Assembly: GCF_001194135.2 (NCBI RefSeq)
Contig: NC_069001.1
Location: 23,962,616 to 24,026,615 of the forward strand
Length of the DNA: 64,000 bases
Origin: Octopus bimaculoides
Lineage: Eukaryota
Reading direction: 5' to 3'
The notes beneath the pieces are model-generated. The model saw only the letters and a program-made list of their open reading frames with translations, was not told the origin of the DNA and did not search any database. This document shows, in pieces, positions 14,211-26,924 of the stretch. The translations under genes were made by a program, and so were the position numbers. Every line of letters starts with the position of its first letter. Positions within the stretch are counted from its first letter, which is position 1.

Positions 14211-14442
14211 CAGGTTTTGCGATCTGACTATATGCCATAGAGCTAAACCATTTATGGATGGGAAACCCAGAGTAATCCCATAAACTGGCCTTCCCCATTA
14301 ATATATATGTATATGCATATTTTGAACAGGTCTTAGGCCAACAGGTTTTGCGATCTGACTATATGCCATAGAGCTAAACCATTTATGGATGGGAAACCCA
14401 GAGTAATCCCATAAACTGGCCTTCCCCATTAATATATATGTA
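14211..14442. repeat. Identical ~100-bp direct repeat (period 131) beside a gap
   Basis: CAGGTTTTGCGATCTGACTATATGCC...CCCCATTAATATATATGTAT occurs at 14211 and 14342. Confidence 0.9.
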
Positions 14443-15127
14443 TAAATATTTGTATGTGTGTGTGTGTGTCTTTGTGAGTGTGCTTGATAACCAGTGCTGG
14501 TGTGTTTACCACCCTTTAACTTAGTGGTTCAACAAAAAAGACCAGTAAATTAAGTATCAGGCTTTAGAAAACAATAACTCCTGGGGTGGTGGGGCTGATT
14601 CATTCGGCTTGGACTTCTTCAGGCACTGCCCCAGCTTAGTTGCAGTTTGATGATTGAAACAAGTGAAAGATTTTTAGACTTGCTCTGAAATTAAGCAGCC
14701 TGATAATAATTTGGCAGCTAGGGTTAAGGAACGAACTGTATGGCTATGTCATTATTTAGCAACTGATTGCAGACGGCTCCAAATGAACGATGATAACAGC
14801 TGAAAGGAACTTATCAAATATAAACAAAACTTGTGACTGATGCATCTCCTTGATGGAACTAAGATGACATCCTAACAATAATTGCTACATTAACTAAAAA
14901 ACATGGCTTATGATTAGATAATATATGCAGTGACATTGATATGTATTTAGTTTCATTTGGGATTAATTTGGTTTCCTTTTAATTTAAAACTTCATCAGGA
15001 TTCCTGGCCTTGTCATTTTGAAACTGATGCTGATGGCAGCTGGTGGCTGTTTATTATGTAAACACTTAAGTTTATAATGAGACGAAATGATATGGTTATG
15101 ACATCCCCTATTTCTTTGCTTATTATA

Positions 15128-15575
15128 GGTGCAGGCATTGCTGAGTGGTAAGAAGCTTGCTTCACAACCACATGGCTCTGGGTTCAGTCCCACTGCGTGG
15201 CACCTTGGGCAAAAGTCTTCTACTATAGCCTCGGGCTGACCAAAGCCTTGTGAGTGGATTTAGTAGACAGAGACTGAAAGAAACCCCTTATATGTGTGTG
15301 TGTGTGTGTGTGTGTATGTGTGTGTGCGCGTGTGCGCACATGTGCACTTGCACATGCATGCATGTATGTCTGTCTGTTTGTCCCCTACCACTGCTCGACA
15401 ACTGGTGTTGGTGTGTTTATGTCCCCATAACTTAGTAGTTCAGCAAAAGAGAACGATAGAATAAGTGCCAGGCTTAAACAAGTACTGGGGTCAATTTATT
15501 TAACTAAAATTTTTTCAAGGCAGTGCACCATCATGGCCACAGTCTAATGATGGAAACAAATAAAAGATAGAAAAT
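15128..15575 (+). mobile_element. SINE family A, full length
   Basis: GCAGGCATTGCTGAGTGGTAAGAAGCTTGC..GGTTCAGTCCCACTGCGTGGCACCTTGGGC, then a (GT)n spacer and the tail domain. Confidence 0.85.
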
Positions 15576-15634
15576 ACAAGATAAATCACATCATATTAGT
15601 AAGCATCTTCTCTCCTTTTCTCTCTGTCTCTGTT

Positions 15635-15688
<54 letters not shown>

Positions 15689-16198
15689 CAGTATCCATGA
15701 ATCCCCTCTCCTGCAAGACTCCTATTTCTGTGCCTCTGTTCATAATCCAACCCCTCATCACTTGGTGCAAGCCACCATCTCAAACACTATTCCCTTCTCA
15801 GTTGAGGGGCCGTGTCTTGCAACTTACTTGGTGACCTCACTACAGCTTGTGCCATGTAAAAAGCTCTCAGTACACTCTGTAAAGTGATTGGCGTTAGGAA
15901 GGGTATCCAACCATAGGAACCGTGCCAAAATAGATAATAGAGCTTGGTGAAGTCTTCTGAGTAGCCAACTCCTGTTAAAACTATCCAACCCATGCCAGCA
16001 TGCAAGGAGGATGTTAGATAACAATGATGATGATGATGATGTTCTTCTGGTAGCATTATGTAAATGAGCCATGTCTGTCAAAACTTCAACAAACAAAGGC
16101 ATTCTTGCCAAGACCATCTTATGTGATATATGGGTATCCTCTTCCACCTTTCCCTCCTTCTCATCATTATCATAATCACCACCACCGCTGCCACCACC

Positions 16199-16230
<32 letters not shown>

Positions 16231-16382
16231 CACCACCACCAACACCACCACCACCAACAACAATAACACTACCTCATGACGCTCTAACCACTGAGCCATG
16301 TTCCTTCACTATCCTTCCTGTTGCTATATCAATTTGTTTTCAGGTAAAACACTTCAATGTAATTAACTGAAACACTTATATG

Positions 16383-16590
16383 TTAACCCGTTTCATACCA
16401 ACTCATCTGAAACTGCCCCAGGTTCTATAGTACATGCTGCTTGTTTTTAAGTGATCTAAATGAAAACTTGTCATCAAAATTTTATGTACTTTACAATCCA
16501 AATATCAAGTTGATAATGACAAAGCTATTTTAACTAAATTCTTCATTATTTTCAAAATTAATTGAAATAAGAGTAGTGTGTTTCAACATG
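16383..16590 (+). mobile_element. Second TTAA-CCC MITE family copy
   Basis: TTAACCCGTTTCATACC..GGTTCTAT..TTACTAAATT(T)TTCATTATTTTCAAAATTAATTGAAA is shared with 567-625, 2040-2200 and 33640-33835. Confidence 0.5.
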
Positions 16591-17057
16591 AAGAAATTGC
16601 TCGTTTACTGATGGGCAAAAATACAAACCGACTAATTACCATCATAATTACATAGCAGGGTTGTTAACTTAGTATTAACATATTTAATGAAGCAATAATT
16701 GGAATGCTAATTAGAAACAAACTTGTGATGAAGGAAGTACATGTTATTTAATATTAATTTTGATCTTTATTCCAAGTATGAGGTACAACTCCAGGCATAT
16801 TTCAGTCATATTACACTTCATCAGCAAACAATTAACTTCACTGTTCTTGTGGAAATAGTGATGAAAGATTCACTTGTTGAGAAGACACAGAATACAGCTC
16901 AAAAGTAGATTTAGAAATAGACAGATTTTAGAAAAAAATTTATTTAGAAGAATTGAAAATGAAAAAGAGACAAGCACTTTGTCAGTTATGACGACAAGGG
17001 TTTCAGATGATCTGATCATCAGAAAAGACTGCTTATGAAATTAATATGCAAGTAGTG

Positions 17058-17485
17058 CAAATGTGGCTGCATGGTAAGAAGCTTGCTGCTTCCTAACCGC
17101 ATGGTTCTGCGTTCAGTCCCCCTGCGTGACACCTTGGGCAAGTGCCATTTACTATAGCCTCAAACTAACCAAAGCCTTGTGAGTGGATGTTGTAGATGGA
17201 AACTGAAAGAAGCCCATTGTATGTATATGTGTGAGTTTGTGTGTGTGTGCCTTTGGAGCTGTGTTTTTCTCTCCACCACTTAATCACTAGTTGACAACTG
17301 GTGTTGGGGTATTTACATCCCTTTAACTTAGCATTTCAGCTAAAGAGACCAATAGGATAAGTACTAAGCTTAAAAAGCAATAAGTCCTGGGGTTGATGCA
17401 TTCGACGAAAATTCTTCAAGGTGGTGCTCCAGCATGGCCATTGATTAATGACTGAAACATGCAAAAGATAAAAGGTAAAATAATA
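17058..17485 (+). mobile_element. SINE family A, full length
   Basis: Head, microsatellite and tail as in other copies. Confidence 0.8.
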
Positions 17486-17797
17486 AGTGGTTGAGTACTT
17501 CACAGACACACATATGCTTAACATAGTTCTCAGGAAAATTCAGTGTGGCATAGACTGCGAAAGGCTGGCCCTTTGAATTATAGGTACCACTCATTTTTGT
17601 TACCTGAAAGGGACTGGAGCAGTATGAAGTAAATTATCTTGCTGAAGGACACAATGTGCCACCAGGAATTGAACTCATGACCATATGATCGTGAGCCAAA
17701 TACCCCTAACCATTAGGCCATGTGACATTGGGTATTAAAAGCTTTATAAGAAATAATTGTGGGATGAAATAAAGACAAAATGAGCCTTATGATTAAC

Positions 17798-18703
17798 ACT
17801 AGCTGACATACCCAGTAATTCCTGGGAAAGCAGGGCTTATCCCTTAGTTCCATTCTCATAATTGTTTTGCTAATCCATTAACAACAATACAAAGTATGTA
17901 GCCCTTAAAATGGTTTTGTGCATTTACAGAGCATACTGAACTGTCTTACACAGGATCGTGTTTTAAGGAATTCCCAATAAGTTATGAATACCCAAATTGT
18001 GAAGTCACTTATATCATAACATGAAATTAGTTACCCGATAGTAAGAATTGAAATAAAATAGCCCCAAAAAGGGCTTTAATGCATTTCCAGAGTATACAGA
18101 ACTTAGGAGGAAATGTTAATAAGGTATGTATACTAAAATCGTGAAGCTTGTTACATAATGACAGACTAATCAGATATGAGATAATAACAATTCAAAGTAA
18201 ATAACTCTGGAAAGAGCTTTTGTGCATTCCCAGAGAATATTACCCTCAGGGGCGCTAGTGTTGGTATATTCGTGAATAAATCACTAACCAAAATAAGTGG
18301 ATCTGTTGTTTAGGAAAATACTATTTACTTGTGTAAGGGTTGTACTGGATAAATTGTGAAAACAACTCTAACTGTTCAAATATTAAGAAATAAGCATAGT
18401 CAATTTCATTTTTACCAAATAATTTAGGAAAATGAATGGGTTATTTCCCTTAGCTCTATATAAGAATCACTTCCAGGGGCGAATGGGTTATTTCCCTCGG
18501 CTTTTAAAATAAAATATATTAGATATATATAAGTATCCCTTCCAGGGGCCCTATTATTGATTTTTTTCAACAATCTGAGTATGCCATGAGGTTTCTAGAC
18601 ACGAGTTCTACTCACGTGTCAAGTTTCATCAAAGTCGATAAAACGATATAGGAGGAGTTAGCTAACAACTCCACAAACAGAATTTCCCATATATGTAGCA
18701 GAT
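17798..18703 (+). mobile_element. Non-autonomous Helentron/HINE (DINE-1-like) element
   Basis: 5' ACTAGCTGA is followed by the hairpin CCCAG-taattc-CTGGG, and there are internal subrepeats. The 3' region reads AAGTTTCATCAAAGTCG..GGAGGAGTTAG..ACAAACAGA..ATATGTAGCAGAT, and no TSD is visible. Confidence 0.55.
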
Positions 18704-19084
18704 TATTTTAACTGGGTTGATATGTAAATTCTAATGAGGAAGTGTAATAAGATCAAATCATGTTAACATTTGTCTCCCATATTTGCCAAAAGGATTAAAA
18801 TAGCGATTGCATTAATAGTGTTTGTTTGTTTTTTTGTTTGCCTCAAGTAACTGTATCTGGTGAAATCAGATAAATATAATCTTTAGAATACAGGGAGACT
18901 AACGGTGGTCGCTGCTGGAAAAAAACTGAATTAAAGAAGTACATGTGTATTAGGATTGGTTGCAATGAGGAGATGTCTAGAGACTTTTTCCCAATAATAT
19001 AAAGAGACAACCCATAAAAGGAAGTAGGCACAACAATGAAGGAAGAGAAAGCAAAAAGGGAAAGGAAAGAGACGAATGAATAAT

Positions 19085-19268
19085 TCAACCCTTTAGCGTT
19101 CGGATTATTATGTCAAATGTAATGCTTTTTTATTTACATTGTTTTGGATTAATCATGCTATCTCTCATAGCTTTGAGATTTTCCTGATGTGATATTTTAT
19201 TTTTAGAAGGACATTAAAGGATAGGTGTGAGAAGCTGGATCTGGCTGGTTTGAATGCTAATGGATTAA
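19085..19268. mobile_element. piggyBac-type MITE (TTAA target, CCCTTTAGC termini)
   Basis: TCAA-CCCTTTAGCGTTC ... GAATGCTAATGGA-TTAA. Related copies lie at about 626-670, 1880-2040, 12028-12266, 41950-42061 and 42417-42590. Confidence 0.6.
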
Positions 19269-19449
19269 GGACAGGTACATAATATGAATTTTCCTTTTTG
19301 CATGTTCATTTATTTTGTCATTACTGAAAAAAGCAAACGAAGGATCTTCCATACTGTTGTTTGGTATCCTACAAATAACAACTAAATCTCCCTTAAATAA
19401 TGCTAAGTCATCGTCTTAAAGGAAAGCACTTATTAGATAATGTAATTGT

Positions 19450-19820
19450 TGTTGTTGGCACTCCGTCGCTTACGATGTCGAGGGTTCCAGTTGATCCGAT
19501 CAACGGAACAGCCTGCTCGTGAAATTAACGTGCAAGTGGCTGAGCACTCCACAGACACGTGTACCCTTAACGTAGTTCTTGGGGATATTCAGCGTGACAC
19601 AGTGTGACAAGGCTGACCCTTTCAATTACAGGCACGACAAAAACAGGAAGTAAGAGTGAGAGAAAGTTGTGGTGAAAGAGTACAACAGGGTTCGCCACCA
19701 TCCCCTGCCGGAGCCACGTGGAGCTTTTGGTGTTTTCGCTCAATAAACACTCACAATGCCCAGTTTGGAATCGAAACCGCGAGTCCGCTGCGCTAACCAC
19801 TGGGCCATTGCGCCTCCACT
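19450..19820 (-). mobile_element. Family-D tRNA-derived SINE, young CpG-rich copy with (AAC)n tail
   Basis: Minus head GTGGAGGCGCAATGGCCCAGTGGTTAGCGC (A box) then GGTTTCGATTCC (B box). Related pieces lie at about 5520-5600, 17500-17725 and 53990-54300. Confidence 0.85.
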
Positions 19821-20157
19821 GGTAATGTAATTAATATACTATTAAAAAGATAAGATGGTCGTGGATGGAGGTCCTTTGATCATAGATTTGCTCTGGAGTT
19901 AACATCTTTTGGGAGGAAGGGATTGCAGAGAAAGAAAATACAGTAAATATAAATAATCAACAAAAATAAAAGAAGCCATATTAGAAGAACTATGTCTGTA
20001 AAATTCAGTTGATTTGATGCAAGCTCTCACATTTAGAGGAAAGAATAAAACCAAAGTGAAAAATAGAAAGAAAACGTAATACAGTTAGCTCAGTTTATTT
20101 CGTTCTGAGGAAATCTTAAAATCCTTATAAGAAATACAAAGAAAATAATTTCAATAT

Positions 20158-20525
20158 GCAGGTACACTCATGGCTATGTGGTAAGAAGTTTGCTTTACAA
20201 CAACAATCTTCAGGCTGACCAATGCCTTGCGAGTGGATTTGCTTCATGGAAACTGAAAGAAGCCGATCGTGTGTGTGTGTGTGCGTGTGTGCATGCATGC
20301 TCGCATGTATGTGTGTGTCTTTGTGCCTGTGTTTGTCCCCACCATCGCTTGACAACCAATGCTGGTATGTTTACAACCCCATAGCAGTTCAGCAAAAGAT
20401 ACTGATAAAATAATTACCAGGCTATAAAAAGGATAAGTACAGACACTGATTCATTTGGCTAAAATTTCTTCAAGGCAGTGTTCCAGCATGGCCACAGTCT
20501 GATCACTGAAGCAAGTAAATGATCT
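20158..20525 (+). mobile_element. SINE family A, internally deleted
   Basis: Head start is joined to GACCAATGCCTTGCGAGTGGATTT, then the tail. Other tail-bearing copies lie at about 8700-8985, 14460-14670, 44420-44705 and 60400-60600 (+), and 38250-38470 and 45315-45530 (-). Confidence 0.75.
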
Positions 20526-20959
20526 ATATTCTATACATCTCCCTCATTCTTTAACTTCAAGTTCAAAATTCCAATCCTACCAGATATTATATCGGAATGG
20601 CCATCTCCTTTACACTAACTTGCCACATGGTGACTCAAAGTATATAATAAGAAAGTTAACCTTAGTTTAGATTTTGAATCTAGCAAACTTTAGAATTTCA
20701 GAAAATTAGTGATTGTCTGCAACAACGATTAGTATAAACAATATAAAAGTGGAATTAATTGTTTTGCCATGAGAAAGAAGGAAAACTCTACTGTGTATCT
20801 CATTCATGATAGAATGTTGCTTTCTGATTCTGTTTGTAAGCATCAATCTCTGATAAACTGATAACTGAATTGTAAGATTTTTCTTCCTCGTGGCAAAGCA
20901 ATTTATTTCACTTTTGGACTATTTTGTATCAATTTCTTCCAGAATTTTGTTATCCATCC

Positions 20960-20992
20960 CTGTATGTATGTATGTATGTATGTATGTATGTA

Positions 20993-21027
<35 letters not shown>

Positions 21028-22000
21028 TTGTATGAATGTATGTATGTATATATGCATGTATGTATGTATGTTTGTATGTCTTTGTATGTTTGTTTGTATG
21101 TTTAAGTTTGTATGAATTTATGTATGTATGTGTGTGTATGCATGTATGTATGTACGTATGTATGTATGTATGTATGTATGTATATATATGTGTGTGTATG
21201 TTTCTATGTATGTATGTATGTATGTACATATGTATGTATGTATGTTTGTATGTATGTATGTGTAAGTTTGTATGAATGTATGTATNNNNNNNNNNNNNNN
21301 NNNNNNNNNNNNNNNNNNNNNNNNNNNNNNNNNNNNNNNNNNNNNNNNNNNNNNNNNNNNNNNNNNNNNNNNNNNNNNNNNNNNNNNNNNNNNNNNNNNN
21401 NNNNNNNNNNNNNNNNNNNNNNNNNNNNNNNNNNNNNNNNNNNNNNNNNNNNNNNNNNNNNNNNNNNNNNNNNNNNNNNNNNNNNNNNNNNNNNNNNNNN
21501 NNNNNNNNNNNNNNNNNNNNNNNNNNNNNNNNNNNNNNNNNNNNNNNNNNNNNNNNNNNNNNNNNNNNNNNNNNNNNNNNNNNNNNNNNNNNNNNNNNNN
21601 NNNNNNNNNNNNNNNNNNNNNNNNNNNNNNNNNNNNNNNNNNNNNACACAGACACACATATACATATACATATATACGACAGGCTTCTTTCAGTTTCCGT
21701 CTACCAAATCCACTCACAAGGCTTTGGTCGGCCCGAGGCTATAGTAGAAGACACTTGCCCAAAGTGCCACGCAGTGGGAATGAACCCGAAACTATGTGGT
21801 TGGTAAGCAAGCTACTTACCACACAGCCATGTATGTACGTCTATGTATGTTTATATGTGTGTATGAATGTATGTATGTATGACTATGTATATACATATGT
21901 ATATATGTACGTATGTATGTATATGTATGTTTATATGTATGTATGTATGTATGTATGTCTGTATGTATGTGTGTATGTATGTGTGTATGTATGTATGTAT
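20960..22000. repeat. (TATG)n/(TG)n microsatellite field with a gap and a SINE head
   Basis: Direct inspection. Confidence 0.9.
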
Positions 22001-22239
22001 GTTCTTCTCTCTTTAATTTTAGATTAAATTTCCATCGGCAACCTACTTTGTAACAAAACTGCGAAGGAAAATGTCTTGTTTTGATTGTCGTCCTTGTAGA
22101 TTTCTAGAGTCCCAGATATCACGAACATATAAAGTCATATCCATGAATAGACGTATACACGTATATCTACTATACATATATCATGTGCACAGATATACAC
22201 TCATTGTATAAGAAGACCCATCAAGCCAAGTGAAATCGT

Positions 22240-23210
22240 AGCTGTGGTTGATACTGGTGTCATGTAACTGGCACATAAAAAACACATTTCAAGCATTGGA
22301 CCACATAGAGGCACAGTGCCCAATGCCAGTGGCACGTGAAAATCTATTTTTTTAGTGTTGGGCCTCACAGAGGCAATGACAAATGACCGAGACCTTTGGC
22401 ATTATGCTGGTGCTTCAGAAGAAGACCCCTCAAGCCTAGTAAAATTGCAGTCGTGGCAGATACTGGTGTCATGCAAATGGCACCCATGCTGGTGGCACGT
22501 ACAGGCACCCATTACACTCTTGGAATGGTTGGTGTTAGGAAGGGCATCCAGCTGTAGAAAACCATGCCAAATCTAACTGGAGCCTGGTGCAGCCTTCCAG
22601 CTTGCCAGCCCTGGTCAAATCGTCCAACCCATGCCAGCATGGACAACAGACGTTAAATGATGATGATGATCATCATCATCATTTAACGTCTGTTTTCCAT
22701 GCTGGCATGGGTTGGACGATTTGACTGGGGACTGGCGAACCAGATGGCTACACCAGACTCCAATTCTGATCTGGCAGAGTTTCTACAGCTGGATGCCCTT
22801 CCTAACACCAACCACTCCGAGAGTGTAGTGGGTGCTTTTTATGTAGCACGAGGGTCAGTCTGGTTGTACTGGCAACGGCCACGCTCAAATAGAGTTTTTT
22901 ACATGCCACCTGCACAGGAGTCAGTCCAATGTTTCGTTCACATGCCACCGGCACAAGTGCCAGTAAGACGAAGCTGGAAACGATTGTGCTCAAATGGTGC
23001 TATTTATGTGCCACCGGCACGGAAGCGACAGTGATCCTGCTCGGATGGTGCTGTTAGCACTCCACTGGCACAGGTGCCAGTCATCGAATTTGTTTCAGTT
23101 TTGATCTTACTTGCCTCAACAGGTCTTCACAAGCTGAGTTTAGTGTCCAGTGAAGGAAGGTTGGCATGGGTGCCAGTCAACGAATTTGGTTCAATTTGCT
23201 GGCCACTTTT
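22240..23210. mobile_element. Tail-to-tail pair of RTE-related family-B repeats joined at (ATG)n/(CAT)n
   Basis: ...CCAACCCATGCCAGCATGGA..ACGTTAAATGATGAT|CATCATTTAACGTC..CCATGCTGGCATGGGTTGG. About 160 bp of the two arms are complementary. Confidence 0.8.
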
Positions 23211-23383
23211 TTTCTATCTTCTAAAGAATATTTACCTGATATTCTAAGCTGTCTTCACAATCTCCCTGCTGTCAAGGCATTCCTTTGTTTTCTGTCGAAT
23301 ACTGGCACACATGACATTTATCTGCTTCTTTACAAAATATATTTACTGAATATAATATGCATACAAATATATATATACATGCA

Positions 23384-24663
23384 CAGGTGTAACAGGTAAA
23401 TTGGGACAACATTCAAATGGGTATATTTCTAAGTGCATAGATTTTGGAGCCTAAATTTTAAATATTACTGGCTGGAATAATCACTTGTATTATTTTATAT
23501 CTCAGATTGAACAAATTATGAATGTTAATAAAGAATTAAACCATGGGAGTGTATTTGCCAAATCATTTTGCACCACCAATAGTGCTGGGAAGTTTATTAG
23601 TGCCATCAAGTATGCCAAATCTACTGTTTTTAGAGTTGTAACCAATTTGAAAAATGTCAGGATGTTCTGAGAAAGCATCACAGTTCTTGTAGTGACTAAA
23701 AACACATCCCTCACTTCTCAGCAGGACCTAAAAGATCAATCAAGTTAAACCCATCAAAATTGATGGCGAAATTGGTTCAAGATCAAGGAATCAGTAAAAT
23801 GGCCATTTCTAGGCCTGTGAAACAAGACTTCTATATGAAATCTTGTATGAGGAAACGTCATAACATCCTAACTACCTGCTCCAAAGCCATTCAAGCTAGA
23901 AAAGTTCCAAACTTCTTAGCCATCTCAAACATCATGGCGAAGACGTCTGCATCTTTGTGGATGAAAAAAAGTTCTTGGTAGAGGAGTTGCAAACCATCAA
24001 AACTCACAAGTGATAGTGTATGCCCCTTCCCAAGTCTGTTGAGCTATGTATAGCATGAATTTGGCTTTCATTATTGTCTTTGGAGCTGTTGCAAATGATG
24101 GGAAATTGATGCTTCCTCATTTTATTGAAGTGGGTCTTAAAATCAACACAGCAAAGTATCTCAAAATCTTAGAAGAAGTTTTCTTGCCTTAGATTAGTAG
24201 GCATTATGATGCAAGTCAAGTCATGTTTGTACAGGTCTCCATGTCTGCTCATTCTTTGAAAAGAGTGCAAGAATTTTTGAAGAAGGAATTGCCCATGTCC
24301 GGTCCCTAAAAATATCTGGCCCTCTAGCTCACCAGATTTGTTATCTGTGTGATTTTGGCTATGAAGTGCAGTTGAAGCAATATCCAGTGTAACTTCTCAC
24401 AGCTGTTTGTCTTCACTGAAGGCTTTGATCAAGTGAGCATTTGGTAAAATGAAAAAGGAAGAAATAGTTAAGGCATGCATATCATTTCGTAAATGGATTG
24501 GATTGGTAAAGAAAGCAAATGGTGGTCACATTGAACTGAAATAAATGCTAAACACTCCACAATAAATTGGCATAAACATAAAATTTGCAGTATTTGATTA
24601 TTTTCAGTTATACTGATTATAATGAAGATATTTAAATGCTCTCAATTTACCTGTTACACCCTG
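23384..24663 (+). mobile_element. Full-length decayed Tc1/mariner transposon, DD37D (maT-like) family
   Basis: TIRs are CAGG(G)TGTAACAGGTAAATTG at both ends and the length is about 1.28 kb. Transposase remnants include an HTH (KYAKSTVFRVV), IFVDEKKF (23951-23974), IVFGAVANDGKLMLPHFIEVGLKINTAKYLKILEEV and WPSSSPDL..CDF (24317 onward). The reconstructed spacing is 37 aa. Confidence 0.9.
23545..24545 (+). pseudogene. DD37D transposase pseudogene (multiple stops and frameshifts)
   Basis: Motifs as for the enclosing transposon. The second catalytic Asp reads Val (FVQV) in this copy. Confidence 0.85.
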
Positions 24664-24694
24664 AAGTACTGGCAGAATGATATTCTAATAATAA

Positions 24695-25120
24695 GGCGAC
24701 GAGCTGGCAGAAACATTAGCACTTGGGCGAAATGCTTAGCGGTATTTCGTCTGCCGTTATGTTCTGAGTTCAAATTCTGCCGAGGTCGACTTTGCCTTTC
24801 ATCCTTTTGGGGTCAATAAATTAAGTACTAGTTATGCACTGGGGTTGATATAATCAACTTAATCTCTTTGCCTGTCCTTGTTTGTCCCCTCTATGCTTAG
24901 CCCCGTGTGGGCAATGAAGAAATAAGAAACGTTAGCACTTGGGGAGAAATGCTTAGTAGTATTTCATCTGTCTTTACATTCTGAGTTCAAATTCCGCTGA
25001 GGTCAATTTTGCTTTTCATCCTTTTGGGGGTCGATAAATTAAGTACCAGTTGAGTACTGGGGGGTTGATCTAATCAACTCCTCCTGCAAAATTTCAGGCC
25101 TTGTGCCTAGAGTAGAAAAG
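24695..25120 (+). mobile_element. Two tandem family-C SINEs (tRNA-like head, conserved central domain)
   Basis: GGCGACGAGCTGGCAGAAAC..CTGAGTTCAAATTC..GAGGTCGACTTTGCCTTTCATCCTTT.GGGGTC.ATAAATTAAGTAC. From memory the central domain resembles the widespread Meta/CORE-type SINE cores; this was not verified. Confidence 0.8.
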
Positions 25121-25278
25121 AATGATATTCTGATAATATATGCAGTTAATTGGACCCAACTGAGTATATAATCCACTCTTGAGCTAGTCAAACATGTACT
25201 TTTTATTCAATACCCAGTCCATAATAGACTTCAGAATATGCGATGGGCATGTTCCGAGATAGGTGAATTAAAAATAAA

Positions 25279-25428
25279 TAAGTAACAATTGATGGACAGG
25301 TGTCAATTCATTACAGCTGTTGTTAGCAAGTCTTTTTTTTATAATGATATAATGTACTCATTGACTAATTAAAAAATTTGTTAGAAGCAGCTGTAATGAA
25401 TTGACACCAGTCCATCAATTGTTACTTA
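25279..25428. mobile_element. MITE (~150 bp) with 41-bp TIRs including terminal TA
   Basis: TAAGTAACAATTGATGGACAGGTGTCAATTCATTACAGCTG and its reverse complement at 25388-25428 differ at one position. Confidence 0.85.
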
Positions 25429-25467
25429 CACACTCACACACACACACGCACACACACACATACATAC

Positions 25468-25503
<36 letters not shown>

Positions 25504-25680
25504 ATGTATAGATTCATATGCTGGCCTGCTAGCCTAGCTAGCAGAGTGGCACCATTTGAAGGCTAAAGCAATGTAAAAGTGCTCTGTGACTAGCGTTGTG
25601 CAACAACACCTGAGAGCTGAGTTGCTCATTTTATCATGTCATATGTAGATAGATAGAGTGATAGACATATAGATAGATAG

Positions 25681-25739
<59 letters not shown>

Positions 25740-26881
25740 CATACATACATAAGAGATGTTGAATCTTTATCATTATAATCAAATATTCTTTTCTACGCTA
25801 GGCACAAAGCCCGAAATGTTTTGGGGTAGGGGGATGCAGTCGATTAGATCAACCCCAGTATGCAACTGGTACTTAATTTATCGATGCTGAAAGGATGAAA
25901 GGCTAAGTCGACCTCAACAGAATTTGAACTCAGAATATAAAGGCAGAACAAATACTGCTAAGTATTTCGCCTGGAATGCTAACGTTTTTTCCAGCTTGCT
26001 GCCTTTAACCAAATATTCACCAAAGCAACACACTAACCACATGTACATGTGGCATTATCCTTATATAAATTCCCAGAAAATTGAAGCTAAAAAAGCTAGA
26101 AACTCAATTTATGGATATTGACCGCTCAAAGATATTTCTCATCAAATCTCCAAAATGCAATGCATTTCCACGAATGTACTTAAATCCTCTATTAGAAAGA
26201 ATTATTGATTCGTCTGTTTAGTTCTGATCTTTATCTATAATGTTACATTTAGAAATGTACAATGTTTAGCCATCTAACACAAGAAATATTGTCTTTTGTT
26301 ACTGGGGTTATTTTTTTTTAATATCTTTCAACTTTCGTGTTTTTCACTTTCAATTTTTTATTTTTTGTAAAAATATGTATTATTGTCCCGTATCAATAGC
26401 AGAAATGGCTTAAACAGATTGCATTTCATTTCAATAATTTCCATGTATATATGTATATATATATATATATATATNNNNNNNNNNNNNNNNNNNNACATGT
26501 GTGTCTATATATATATGTACACATACATATAAGTACATACATATACATGTGTGTCTATATATATATGTATGCACACACATGCATATTGCAGTTGCGGAAA
26601 CATGAATGTTTGTGTTTGAGTGTATATGTATTAGCTTATATGTGTGCATGTGTATGTTATTTTTGTGGGTGTAATGCAGTTTTATGTATTATTTTTATCA
26701 AATGTAGAAATCAGAAAGTTTTTAAGGATATCATTTTATCTATTAAATTTATGAAAATGCAAAATTTGTAAAATACACACACACATATAAATATATGCAT
26801 ACACATATCTGCCTGTGCAGATATACTTAAATATGTAATTATATATATATTCATGTGTGAGTGTGTGTATCTATGTGTCTA

Positions 26882-26924
<43 letters not shown>

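Noticed and set aside
14960-15005. Minus-strand CTGATGA-A-GTTTT..AAAAG-GAAAC
   Set aside because: There is no NUH triplet or complementary stem I strand downstream.
16790-16830. Minus-strand CTGATGA-AGT..ACT-GAAATATG hammerhead-like string
   Set aside because: Position 17 is G (cleavage needs non-G), stem I does not form, and there is no PLE context.
16990-17045. Minus-strand CTGATGA..GAAAC near GGTTTCAGATGATCTGATCATCAG
   Set aside because: Stem II overlaps the GAAA and stem I does not close; probably a chance match.
18243-18260. CTCF-like motif CCCTCAGGGGCGCTAG
   Set aside because: It is one base short of the AG-R-K-GGC core spacing and lies inside a transposon.
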